From a virus (taxonomy: Duplodnaviria > Caudoviricetes), in the IMG/VR virus record IMGVR_UViG_3300008450_000050, positions 1 to 54,678 of that record: a stretch of 54,678 nt of DNA, one strand, 5' to 3'. Shown in pieces: positions 45,210 through 53,615 of this stretch (the first letter of the stretch is position 1; each line of letters begins with the position of its first letter). The notes below the pieces were generated by a model that saw only the letters and a list, made by a program, of their open reading frames with translations, made no database searches and had not been told where the DNA came from. Both the position numbers and the translations under genes were made by a program.

Positions 45210-45606
45210 GGGCGTCCTCGTGATTGATCGTCAGCGTGCCGCTGTGTTCGGTCGCAGTCTTCTCGCGCCAGTCGTCAGGGAAGCGCGCGGACATTGATCG
45301 TGACCAGACAGAGCCGTTGAAGCCGGAGCCCATCAGCAGCCCGTCCTGCCCGACATCTTCCCACCAGCGCTGCGCCAGTTCTCGCGCTCGCGTCATCGCG
45401 CTAAGAAACTCGGGGTACTGCTCTTCCCAATTCATCAGCGTGATGCGGGAGACGCCGAACTCTGCGGCCATCCATGCGCGGGATTTCCCCTGCGCGCCGT
45501 ATTCCAGAGCCTTCTCGCAATACTCGGGGCGGTACATCGTTGGGCGCCCGCCTGCGTGCTTTTTGGGTGCCGGGACGGCTTCTTGCTCGTTCGGCTTACG
45601 CGACAT
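45193..45606 (-). CDS. terS: terminase small subunit
   Basis: GGRPTMYRPEY, HTH, WEEQYPEF; overlaps terL start. Confidence 0.85.
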   Translation of the reverse strand: MSRKPNEQEAVPAPKKHAGGRPTMYRPEYCEKALEYGAQGKSRAWMAAEFGVSRITLMNWEEQYPEFLSAMTRARELAQRWWEDVGQDGLLMGSGFNGSVWSRSMSARFPDDWREKTATEHSGTLTINHEDALAQLK

Positions 45607-45611
45607 GGGTG

Positions 45612-46337
45612 TTACCTGAGATTGGCCCGGAGGTCGTATGACGTGCCGGGGGACTTTGTGGCCGAGCTACCGCCATAGCCGCCTGCGGAGTTGCGGATCA
45701 TGCTGGTGTTGAGGTTGCCCCCTCCGCCGCTCGCACCGCCGAGGGCCGCGCTCAGAAGGCCGCCGTCATAGGGGCTCTCGTTGTTCTGCTGAAACTGGTT
45801 CTGGCCGGCGGGGTAGAACATTTCGAGCGAGAGCAGCGGGTCATAGGGGATGTCCCCATAGGTCTTGTTGCCGTCCGACCAGTTGGGTCCGACGAAGGGC
45901 ATGCGGTTGCGGCCCTGGTCCTCTGCACGGGCGATGTTGATCCAGTCGGCGGTGCTGTCATATATCGTGGGGCCGTCAGGGGCGGGGTCGTCCTGTGCAG
46001 GAAGGGCTTGGCGAGGGGCCGGCTCCTCTTCTTTTTCGGAGACGAAGCGCCAAGTGGTGTCCTGAGCGCCTTCGTCCAGAATACCGTCATTCATCGTCCG
46101 CAAGCCAGGGCCAGTATTGACCATGGTGTAATAGCCCTTTTGGCCCTGAGGGACCGCAGGCATATCCGTGCCGCGATACATCCACCCATCCTCGGGGGCC
46201 TGACCGCCAGCGATCATGGACGAGGTCGCGAAGACATCCTTCCCGTAATGGGGATTCGCGGGGTCGAACGGGTCGCCGTAGCTTTCGAGATTGCCGGTGG
46301 ACCCGCGTCCCGTGCGGAATGGATAATCGCCTTCCAT
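45612..46337 (-). CDS. hypothetical Gly/Pro-rich late protein
   Basis: GAGG RBS before MEGDYPF. Confidence 0.65.
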   Translation of the reverse strand: MEGDYPFRTGRGSTGNLESYGDPFDPANPHYGKDVFATSSMIAGGQAPEDGWMYRGTDMPAVPQGQKGYYTMVNTGPGLRTMNDGILDEGAQDTTWRFVSEKEEEPAPRQALPAQDDPAPDGPTIYDSTADWINIARAEDQGRNRMPFVGPNWSDGNKTYGDIPYDPLLSLEMFYPAGQNQFQQNNESPYDGGLLSAALGGASGGGGNLNTSMIRNSAGGYGGSSATKSPGTSYDLRANLR

Positions 46338-46342
46338 GTCGG

Positions 46343-46429
46343 CTACCTCTTTCCGCTCTTGGCGGGCTTCATGCACTTGCCGGCCTTCTTGCAGGCAGCG
46401 GGGGATTTGCATCCGGGGCAGGGCTTCAT
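46343..46429 (-). CDS. 28-aa four-Cys basic peptide (not in ORF track)
   Basis: AGGAG RBS; MKPCPGCKSPAACKKAGKCMKPAKSGKR. Confidence 0.65.
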   Translation of the reverse strand: MKPCPGCKSPAACKKAGKCMKPAKSGKR

Positions 46430-46438
46430 GGGAGGCTC

Positions 46439-46702
46439 CTAAGCAAAACGCTTGCGGTCGGATTCGTAGTTGTCGCAGGACGACAGGAGGAACACCGTCT
46501 CGGCGCCTTGATCGCGCGCGAAGTCACCAGCCTCGTCGGTCGTCTTGAAATGCTTCGACGGCCCGCCGCCGGCGCCGACGCGAACGGTGTAGCCCTTGAA
46601 CGTCTCGGGCTTGAACTCTTGGTAGTCAGCTTCGATGAAGGCGACCGTGCGGTCAGACACAAGGCGAGGCCCCGTGACCGGCAACTGGACCTGATTGGAC
46701 AT
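46439..46702 (-). CDS. hypothetical protein
   Basis: First ORF of packaging operon. Confidence 0.65.
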   Translation of the reverse strand: MSNQVQLPVTGPRLVSDRTVAFIEADYQEFKPETFKGYTVRVGAGGGPSKHFKTTDEAGDFARDQGAETVFLLSSCDNYESDRKRFA

Positions 46703-46863
46703 GAGCGCCCTTGCTTGACTGAGGGGGCAGCGTGTAGCGCTCCCGCCCGCCTTGCGGCTAAGGCCATCCCTGAGGGAGGTGCAAAAAGCGCTACACGCCT
46801 TGACGCCCTAACCTCACGCGGGAAAGGAACCGCGCGAGCCTTGAACCGGCAGCGCCGGAATGC

Positions 46864-46892
46864 AAAAAGCCCCCGCCGATGTGGCAGGGGCT
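46864..46892 (-). terminator. intrinsic terminator ~200 nt after late promoter copy 1
   Basis: GCCCCTGCC-ACATC-GGCGGGGGC followed by TTTTT. Confidence 0.8.
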
Positions 46893-47066
46893 GGGCTGCA
46901 CCTCACTCTGTGCAGCATGGATTTGGCAGGGGCGCCCGGAGATTTTCACCCTGTCTTATGCCGCATGGTGCACCACGCGAACACAGAAGCCGAACACGGC
47001 CATAGGCGACCCATAAAGCCTGATGCCGAAGCAGAGCAGGAACGCAATCTCTAGTGGCGCAAATCG

Positions 47067-47107
47067 CCACACTGCACATTAGTAGCGCGGGCGGCTGAGC
47101 GGGTCAA
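47067..47107 (-). promoter_or_regulatory. conserved late-promoter element, copy 1
   Basis: TTGACC-N17-TACTAA-TGTGCAGTGTGG. Confidence 0.72.
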
Positions 47108-47108
47108 G

Positions 47109-47321
47109 CTACATCCACCATTCGCGGCCGCGATCAACGGGGATATTCACACCAGCGCGCCGCAGGGCTTTCCGATGGGCCATGATGCGGAACCTATCTA
47201 CGGCTTGCTGGAACTGCACCCATACGCGAGGGTGGACCATCATGACCTTAGGCTCTTTCGCCGCAGCGAAGGCGCTCGAAATAGCGCGGTCCAGCATCTC
47301 GGTCGTGAAGCCGCCCATCAC
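47109..47321 (-). CDS. hypothetical protein
   Basis: GTGA coupling. Confidence 0.6.
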   Translation of the reverse strand: MMGGFTTEMLDRAISSAFAAAKEPKVMMVHPRVWVQFQQAVDRFRIMAHRKALRRAGVNIPVDRGREWWM

Positions 47322-47896
47322 CCGATCCTCAACCTGTGCGCTATTGCGTTACAAGCTAACCGGAAGTTCCCCATCTCGTCATCAGAGCGGGGCTCCTTGT
47401 CGAGAATGCACAGACGGGTCAGCGCCTGGTTCCCGTAGGGGTGGGCGTAGTGGTCGAGGAGCGCCGACTGGATTTCCTCGTACTGCTTGATCGCGGTGGC
47501 GATGCGCTCTTCCTCCGTCAGCGGCTCATCTGTGCTTGACTGCTGCGAGGCCGGCGTCTCCTCTTCCGACCATGGGCGCTTAGGCTCGTACTGCGCCAGA
47601 TAGGTCATGGCGCTGGGGAACGTGGGAACCTTGCCCGTCACGGTCCGTGCATAGGACATGAACCGCTGCGTGAAGATGCGGGCCGCCGTGAGCTGCGTCT
47701 TGGTGATGAGGCCGCCGAGAAAGAGGCGCCCGACCACATAACCCCGCAACGGGCTGTCCCAGTCCTTGTCGTTGGCGGCGTTGTGCTTGAAGCGATTGAC
47801 CTTCGCGACAGCAAGGACCTGCTCTGGCTTCTCCCCTCTGTCAGTGTGGTGGATCTGGCCGGAGGGGTAGCGCTTGACGTTCGAGCGGCGGTTCAT
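47318..47896 (-). CDS. hypothetical protein, candidate late regulator
   Basis: AGGAG RBS; near end of early operon, just before late promoter. Confidence 0.65.
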   Translation of the reverse strand: MNRRSNVKRYPSGQIHHTDRGEKPEQVLAVAKVNRFKHNAANDKDWDSPLRGYVVGRLFLGGLITKTQLTAARIFTQRFMSYARTVTGKVPTFPSAMTYLAQYEPKRPWSEEETPASQQSSTDEPLTEEERIATAIKQYEEIQSALLDHYAHPYGNQALTRLCILDKEPRSDDEMGNFRLACNAIAHRLRIG

Positions 47897-47900
47897 GCGT

Positions 47901-48134
47901 TCACGGCTCCTCGTGTTTCAGGGCGCGGATGGCTTCGACACCGGCCCATCCCCATTCTTCATCGACGGCTTCCTCAACCGCGCGAGCCGCCCGCTCTAGA
48001 GCCTCGTTCTCTGCGGCGATGAGGGCGTCGGCAATTGTGTTCTCCAAAATATCAAACTCGCCTATCCCCATCTTGACGGAGACGTATTGCTGCCAGTCTC
48101 GGATGACAGCTTTCGCCCTATCCTCAGCCTTCAT
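47901..48134 (-). CDS. hypothetical protein
   Basis: RBS; ALERAA...IRALK pattern. Confidence 0.6.
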   Translation of the reverse strand: MKAEDRAKAVIRDWQQYVSVKMGIGEFDILENTIADALIAAENEALERAARAVEEAVDEEWGWAGVEAIRALKHEEP

Positions 48135-48158
48135 AGTCCTGTCTCCTGTGGGGGGATT

Positions 48159-48581
48159 TTATGTGGCATCCGCGAGTTTCCCCACGAACTCATCAGGCAG
48201 GATCACGTTGGAAGGCGCATCGCGAAACATCGGCGCGATTTGCTCTGGCTTGTAGCCGGCCAACCCACACCCGATGGGGGTAAGGCGAAACGTGAGATCA
48301 TCCCGCGCCTTGGCGCATTCTAGAAACCGATTAACGCCTAACCGGATGACGTTGAGCGGGAGAGTCTTTATGTGCCAATCCTTCGTCGGGATAGCGTAGC
48401 TGTTGCCCCGCAGCCCCTCGCCAACACCATAAACGGCACCGTGCTCCTTCACGGCCGAGAGCGCAGCGCCCTTACCGTGCCGTCCAGCCAGGTTGCTACC
48501 AAACACAAAGATGTCCCGGCCGCCGTCATGGGTAGGTTCTGGCCGGACACTAGCGGATGCCAACTCCAAATCATCCATCAC
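48159..48581 (-). CDS. A1S_2505-family (macro-like) phage protein
   Basis: IFVFGSNLAGRHGKGAA...SYAIPT...TPIGCGLAG. Confidence 0.8.
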   Translation of the reverse strand: MMDDLELASASVRPEPTHDGGRDIFVFGSNLAGRHGKGAALSAVKEHGAVYGVGEGLRGNSYAIPTKDWHIKTLPLNVIRLGVNRFLECAKARDDLTFRLTPIGCGLAGYKPEQIAPMFRDAPSNVILPDEFVGKLADAT

Positions 48582-49453
48582 GCCACCTTCCTCCCCGCTT
48601 CATATGCGTCGAACTGCTCTGAGGGGGGTGGGAAGCGCGTCGCGACGTAGCAGCCCAGCCCGGCTCCCATCTGCTGAGCCTTGTGCTTGCCGGGTTCTGC
48701 GGCCTGCCAAGCATGCCATTCCGGCGAATCCTTGAGGATGAAGACGGGCGGCGGGCCTTGGCTTTTCGATGTGACGCCCTTGACGTGATCCATCAGCGCC
48801 GGGACGAGGTATTTCCACGAGCGGAAGTCGTCGGCACGTCTGGCGCGGATGAACTGGATCAAGTCGTCCAAGGAAATCTGACCGGCGGTTAGGAACTGGC
48901 CGACCGGAGAGAACGGGCCAAGCGATGCCTTCCCCGACGCGCTGAGGCAAAGCCCTTCTGCCTTGACCAAATCAATCGGCTGGCCGGCCAAAGATGCTGG
49001 CTTGCCAGTATCTTTGTTATCCCCTCCATCCTCCTCTCCTCTCCTCTCCATCTGATCGGGCTTTCCCTCGTTTTGGGGGAATTCGCCTTCATCAGCTTTC
49101 CCAATTGGGGGAACGTGGACGTATGACCGCAGATCATCGGGCAGAGGGTGGATGTTGGAAGGGTATTTCGGCTTCTGGTACTTTCGGAAGTTGCGGATGG
49201 CGCCATACGATTTCCCGTCGCGCTCAAACCGCTTGCAGATATTTTGCTCAACAGCCTCGTTAAGCAGCGCAGCCACGTCGGCGCCATCTACAGGCAGCAG
49301 ACGCATCTTGAGCGTGACAGGCTTCCATTCGAACACGCCCTGGTCGTCAGCCTCGGTCCAGAGGCCAAGGACAAGCAGGCGCGCAAGAGGGCTGCACGAG
49401 ACAAAGCTTTCGTCGGTGAATAGTCCGGGATGAATTGAGCGGATGCGGGCCAT
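48578..49453 (-). CDS. phage replication initiator-like protein
   Basis: MARIRSIHPGLFTDE...LWTEADDQG...NFRKYQ; position in early operon. Confidence 0.72.
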   Translation of the reverse strand: MARIRSIHPGLFTDESFVSCSPLARLLVLGLWTEADDQGVFEWKPVTLKMRLLPVDGADVAALLNEAVEQNICKRFERDGKSYGAIRNFRKYQKPKYPSNIHPLPDDLRSYVHVPPIGKADEGEFPQNEGKPDQMERRGEEDGGDNKDTGKPASLAGQPIDLVKAEGLCLSASGKASLGPFSPVGQFLTAGQISLDDLIQFIRARRADDFRSWKYLVPALMDHVKGVTSKSQGPPPVFILKDSPEWHAWQAAEPGKHKAQQMGAGLGCYVATRFPPPSEQFDAYEAGRKVA

Positions 49454-49980
49454 CAGATTTCTCCAAACTGGACACGAAACGCCCACTCGCAAACCTTTCC
49501 CGCACAACCCCAGGGGTCGCGCCAAAGCTCCGAACCCGTGAAGCGGAGGATGTGATAGCCATTCATCTGGGCTTCCCGGTCGCGGCTGCGGTCCTTCGCT
49601 GCCTGCTCCTTTGTCCGCTCATGGAAATCGTGACCATCGCACTCCACGATGACCTTCCGCCAAGCCGGCTTGCGGTCGCCGCTGTCATTGGTCGCGCAGA
49701 TCAAGAAATCGACGCGCCAGTTTCCGATTTGCGCCTGAGGCAAGATCAGAAGGTGGAACTCATCGTCCGATCCCGACATCATCTGGTCGAGGTGAGCCAT
49801 GCTATTGGCCGTTCGCATCCCGATGATGTTAGGCGCGCCGGCCACAACAACTGCGCGCAGCGCCGTATAGAACAGGCGCTCAATCTCGGTATCGCCAAGG
49901 GCGTTAGCCCTCATGTAGCCGAGCCTCTCCCGAGCGGCGCGAACAAGCGCCTGCTCAATCTTTTCGTACGGGTCAGTCAT
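49453..49980 (-). CDS. DUF559/Vsr-like endonuclease
   Basis: WRVDF...VECDGHDFH...DRSRD...LRFTGSEL. Confidence 0.85.
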   Translation of the reverse strand: MTDPYEKIEQALVRAARERLGYMRANALGDTEIERLFYTALRAVVVAGAPNIIGMRTANSMAHLDQMMSGSDDEFHLLILPQAQIGNWRVDFLICATNDSGDRKPAWRKVIVECDGHDFHERTKEQAAKDRSRDREAQMNGYHILRFTGSELWRDPWGCAGKVCEWAFRVQFGEI

Positions 49981-50738
49981 GCTGCCTCCGTCTGACGGAT
50001 AGAGGAGAGGATGGCGTTGCCGATTAGCTCGGGGATCTGGGGGACTACGGCGTTTCCGAGATGCTTGAATCCAAGCTTGTCCAGCCGTCCTCGTAGCCCA
50101 TCATCCACTCGGCAAACTTCCTCAAGGATTTGTTCCCAAGGCGTTTGCCAGCCTTCATAGCCAAGATAATTGGAATGCCCGGTGACGAGCGCCGGAATTG
50201 CGAGGCGGGGGCGGTTATGTTGCCCGCGTCGTTCACTGTTGGGGTAGGCAACAATCCAGATACGATCTCGCTCGTGGGGCGCGCCAATGTCGCCAGCTGG
50301 TATGCAGTGCCATTCCGCATCATACCCGAGCGAGGCCAAGTCGCCGAGAACGTCTCCAAGCCCTCTACCAAGCAGCTCTGCGCTGTTTTCCAGCAACGCA
50401 GCTTCCGGTCCCAATTCGCCAATGATCCTGAGCGTGTCTGCCCATAGCCCGCTTCTAGGGTCCGATAATCCGAGGCCCTTACCGGCAATGCTAATGCCCT
50501 GACACGGGAAGCCAGCGGTGACGACATCAACGGAAATTCCATCTGCCGCGAGACGTTCGGCAGTGAGGGTTCGCACGTCGTCATAGCAAGGCACCTCCGG
50601 CCAATGTTTCGCCAGAACGCGGCGGGGGAATGGTTCGATTTCGCAGAAGGCAACTGTCTCAAAGCCGCCCGTGCGCTCCAGACCAAGGCTGAATCCGCCA
50701 ATGCCTGAGAACAGGTCCAAGACGCGGAGCTTGCTCAT
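49977..50738 (-). CDS. DNA (cytosine-5) methyltransferase, alpha chain
   Basis: FSGIGG (I), GFPCQ (IV), LEN (VI), HERDR (VIII), LGNAV (X). Confidence 0.92.
   Translation of the reverse strand: MSKLRVLDLFSGIGGFSLGLERTGGFETVAFCEIEPFPRRVLAKHWPEVPCYDDVRTLTAERLAADGISVDVVTAGFPCQGISIAGKGLGLSDPRSGLWADTLRIIGELGPEAALLENSAELLGRGLGDVLGDLASLGYDAEWHCIPAGDIGAPHERDRIWIVAYPNSERRGQHNRPRLAIPALVTGHSNYLGYEGWQTPWEQILEEVCRVDDGLRGRLDKLGFKHLGNAVVPQIPELIGNAILSSIRQTEAA
50045..50542 (-). CDS. nested alternative-frame ORF, candidate methyltransferase beta chain
   Basis: Open inside the MTase gene; ends with motif IX-like FAEWMMGYEDGWT; start uncertain. Confidence 0.65.
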   Translation of the reverse strand: MEFPLMSSPLASRVRALALPVRASDYRTLEAGYGQTRSGSLANWDRKLRCWKTAQSCLVEGLETFSATWPRSGMMRNGTAYQLATLARPTSEIVSGLLPTPTVNDAGNITAPASQFRRSSPGIPIILAMKAGKRLGNKSLRKFAEWMMGYEDGWTSLDSSISETP

Positions 50739-51121
50739 GCTGCCACCCCACTCTCAGGAAGGACGGGGCGCACGGTGACGCGGCACTCGCCTTCGGGCAT
50801 GTCCAGAACACGGCGGATGGTGACGGCCTGAGCGTAGCGGTCGTCTGAGATGATCTGCCATGCGGTGAGCAGATCGATCGCCGCCTTGGCGCGGTTGTCC
50901 ACGTCGCCCCGTGTCTTGGCGGGGATCAGGACGATGATTTCAAAGTCGCGCTCGAAATGCGGAAAGCCGCCAGGAGGCTTCTGCGTGATGCCATAGGCGC
51001 CGGCAGAGATGAGCCAGCGCTTGTAGCCGACAGCCTTGACGCGACCGACGCCCGCCACGTTGCGGAACAGGGCGTTCGTTGACGGCGGGAGAGGAAGACG
51101 AAGGGTGAAGGGCTCCATCAT
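50735..51121 (-). CDS. rusA: RusA-like Holliday junction resolvase
   Basis: LPPSTN...DVDNRAKAAIDLL...DD. Confidence 0.85.
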   Translation of the reverse strand: MMEPFTLRLPLPPSTNALFRNVAGVGRVKAVGYKRWLISAGAYGITQKPPGGFPHFERDFEIIVLIPAKTRGDVDNRAKAAIDLLTAWQIISDDRYAQAVTIRRVLDMPEGECRVTVRPVLPESGVAA

Positions 51122-51780
51122 TGCGAGTTGCCCCGGTTCTGGAGCGTCCGCAGCGCGCGCACGTTTTCGCCTTTGGCGGCGTCAATGCGGGCAACAGCAT
51201 GGATCACGGTCGAGTGGTCGCGGCGGAAAGCCCGGCCAATCTGCGGATACGTCAGGCGCGTGTCGCGAGCGCAAATCCACATGGCGTGATGACGGGCCTG
51301 GATGATGTCAGCGACGCGGCTATGGCCCATGATGTCGTCAACAGGGCAGCCGTAGTGCTCAGCAACAATCTTGATGAGCGCCTTGATCTTTTCGCGGTTG
51401 CGAATGTCAGTTGGCGCCATGTCGCCGTCGTCAATCTGGCCGACGAGCGGGATCACGATCCCCATGTCGCGGGCCTTCCGAAGAACACCGTCCCGGCTGC
51501 GCTTCATATGCCGGGCAATGTTTGTGACGGTCTGACCGTCTGCCGCCATGTCGCGCAGGCACTTCAATTCGCGCGCGTTCCACGGCTTGTTGTGGCGCCC
51601 ACGAGTGGGTGCCCACGGCTTTTCGTCGGAGGGCTCAGGCTCTGGCTCGCAGTGCGCTTTGGGCTCTACCAGCGCACGGGCAACAGGGGCAGGGGCGCCC
51701 CCGTAAAGCCTAGCGCGACGGGCGGCATAATCCGCCAGCATCTGGCCGGCGTCGGTATAATCGCGAACGGCGACGGTCAT
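51118..51780 (-). CDS. HTH plus DnaA domain-IV-like protein
   Basis: ARHHAMW...TYPQIGRAFRRDHSTVIHAV. Confidence 0.8.
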   Translation of the reverse strand: MTVAVRDYTDAGQMLADYAARRARLYGGAPAPVARALVEPKAHCEPEPEPSDEKPWAPTRGRHNKPWNARELKCLRDMAADGQTVTNIARHMKRSRDGVLRKARDMGIVIPLVGQIDDGDMAPTDIRNREKIKALIKIVAEHYGCPVDDIMGHSRVADIIQARHHAMWICARDTRLTYPQIGRAFRRDHSTVIHAVARIDAAKGENVRALRTLQNRGNSQ

Positions 51781-52124
51781 GCCACCACCTCGCGGCTCAT
51801 GGTGGCGTAGAGCAGCGCAGCGAGGCGGTTGCGCTCGCGGTAGCCGTCGGGGAACGTCATCCCCCTGACTCGCGCCCCACGGCGCTCGTTCTCAGCTCGG
51901 ACGGCATAAAGGATCGACGTGTGATCTTTCTTGAGGATCGCAGCAATCGCGCAAAGCGATGCGTCCGTATCCTTCGCAAGCGTCCAAGCAACGGCTTGCC
52001 GAGCAAGGCTCACGGCCTTGTTCCGTACCCGCCCCTGCAGGAAGGCCAGCGTAAAGCCCTCCCGCTCTGCCGCCGCACGGGCAATGCTCAAAGCAAACGG
52101 ATCGATGTAGTGTGAAACGGTCAT
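51777..52124 (-). CDS. DnaA domain-IV-like protein
   Basis: ARQAVAW...SLCAIAAILKKDHTSILYAV. Confidence 0.78.
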   Translation of the reverse strand: MTVSHYIDPFALSIARAAAEREGFTLAFLQGRVRNKAVSLARQAVAWTLAKDTDASLCAIAAILKKDHTSILYAVRAENERRGARVRGMTFPDGYRERNRLAALLYATMSREVVA

Positions 52125-52127
52125 CGT

Positions 52128-52565
52128 TCACGCCTCCCCGTCATTAAGGAAATCCCTAGCCCGCTGAGCCAGCCGCCGAAGGCGAGCAATCTCCGGCCCA
52201 TGGAAATCCGCATCCGTGAAAGCCAGCCGGGAGGCGTGGACTTCGAGCGTGTTCGCATGATCGCTAATCTCTCTGGTGATGATGCGCTCTGCGATGCGGG
52301 CTCGGGCGGCTTCGAGCGCATGGATCTCCGAGGCCAGCACAGCGCGGGCCTCCTTGTTCCAGAGCGCACGGGCGCGGCGGGCATTGATGCCGACATAAGC
52401 CGCAACACGCGGCAGGGCCGACTTCATGGGCAGCGACGGAGCAACGAATTGAACGATGGCCCCGATATGGGACCGGGCTTGCAGTGCGATACTCATTTCA
52501 CTGGCCTCACTGTTGACGAGCGGCTTGGTTGATCGTGCCAAGCTCTGCGTTTCGATGACCGACAT
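52128..52565 (-). CDS. hypothetical HTH-like protein
   Basis: AAGGA RBS before MSVIETQ; RVAAYVGINARRARALW. Confidence 0.6.
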   Translation of the reverse strand: MSVIETQSLARSTKPLVNSEASEMSIALQARSHIGAIVQFVAPSLPMKSALPRVAAYVGINARRARALWNKEARAVLASEIHALEAARARIAERIITREISDHANTLEVHASRLAFTDADFHGPEIARLRRLAQRARDFLNDGEA

Positions 52566-53358
52566 CTCGGCTGTTCCTTTCGCGATTGTGGGGTCGCGAA
52601 AGGGGACACGAATGGGGTTCATCAGCCTGGGAGAAGCGCTCGACCGAGTTCTGGAAAAGCTTGCGGTCGAGCGCGGAGAGAAAAGGGCGGGCGGCATGAC
52701 ACCGCCCGGCAAGTGCGCGCGGGCCGAGGGGGAGGATTACCCCGCGCGATTGGGAAAGCTCGGATGTGACAAGGGCGCGCCCGCGCACGTCACTTTGCAT
52801 CAGCGGTGGGAGAGGCACCGCGACACGGGCCGTCCGAGCGGCCAAGGCAAAATCAGAAGGACGAAGCTGTGAGGGGGTCATGCAGCCCCCCAAATCAGGC
52901 CAGCAATGCTTGAGCGCTGCCTTGTGAGCCGCACGGAGGCGATTGCGATGTTTCGTAGCTTTGCTGACGACGCCCATGTGGTTCACGGCGTCCATGCTGG
53001 CTTCGATCATGTAGGGCGGGGGCTCGACCGGGACGACCATGAAGCCGTTCTGGAAAAGCACGCGGACGAGCTTGTCGGCGGTAATCTCGGCCCCGGCTTG
53101 GATCAGCAGCCAGTCGATCTTGCCCGCGACGCGACTGCCCGGCGCCTTGCCGCGTCGCTGCGACGGCTCGCGCGCCCCGTTCCAAATCTCAAACACAAGA
53201 TGGCGAATGCGATTTGGACAGGTCACGCCAGCTTCGATGCAGGCGTTGACGATCTCAAAGCCAAATTCGTAGACGCACTGCCGCACAGCCGAAGGCATCG
53301 CCTCCATGCGCTCAAACTGCTTGAGGGATCGAGACGCAACGGCCGTGACGCCCATCAC
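52507..53358 (-). CDS. hypothetical protein; true 3' end may be near 52880
   Basis: Coupled start; C-terminal part after a G6 run overlaps the next gene. Confidence 0.5.
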   Translation of the reverse strand: MMGVTAVASRSLKQFERMEAMPSAVRQCVYEFGFEIVNACIEAGVTCPNRIRHLVFEIWNGAREPSQRRGKAPGSRVAGKIDWLLIQAGAEITADKLVRVLFQNGFMVVPVEPPPYMIEASMDAVNHMGVVSKATKHRNRLRAAHKAALKHCWPDLGGCMTPSQLRPSDFALAARTARVAVPLPPLMQSDVRGRALVTSELSQSRGVILPLGPRALAGRCHAARPFLSALDRKLFQNSVERFSQADEPHSCPLSRPHNRERNSRDVGHRNAELGTINQAARQQ

Positions 53359-53615
53359 GCGGCCTCATGCATGTGCGCACGCGAGGGGCCGTCGAACTCA
53401 GCGAGATACAGGCTGACGAGAGCCTGCGTTTCCTGAGACTTGGCGGTGTCCTGCTTGTCGCGGTTGCGGATTTCGCGGATGGCTTGGCCGAGCGCGGTTT
53501 TGTCGTAGCCGGCCGATTTTGCCTGCGCGTAAATCTCGCGCCGGTCGGCCTTCAGCGCATCTTCCTCCTCGTGAAGGCGGATGATGCGTTCCATGATCTG
53601 GCGAAGCTCGCTCAC
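53355..53615 (-). CDS. GapR-like (DUF2312) DNA-binding protein
   Basis: LRQIMERIIRLHEE...DRREIYAQAKSAGYD...LYL. Confidence 0.85.
   Translation of the reverse strand: MSELRQIMERIIRLHEEEDALKADRREIYAQAKSAGYDKTALGQAIREIRNRDKQDTAKSQETQALVSLYLAEFDGPSRAHMHEAA

Noticed and set aside
52507-52880. C-terminal extension of ORF 53358 as a programmed frameshift
   Set aside because: One fewer G in the G6 run would give an ordinary stop; a homopolymer error or mutation cannot be excluded without reads
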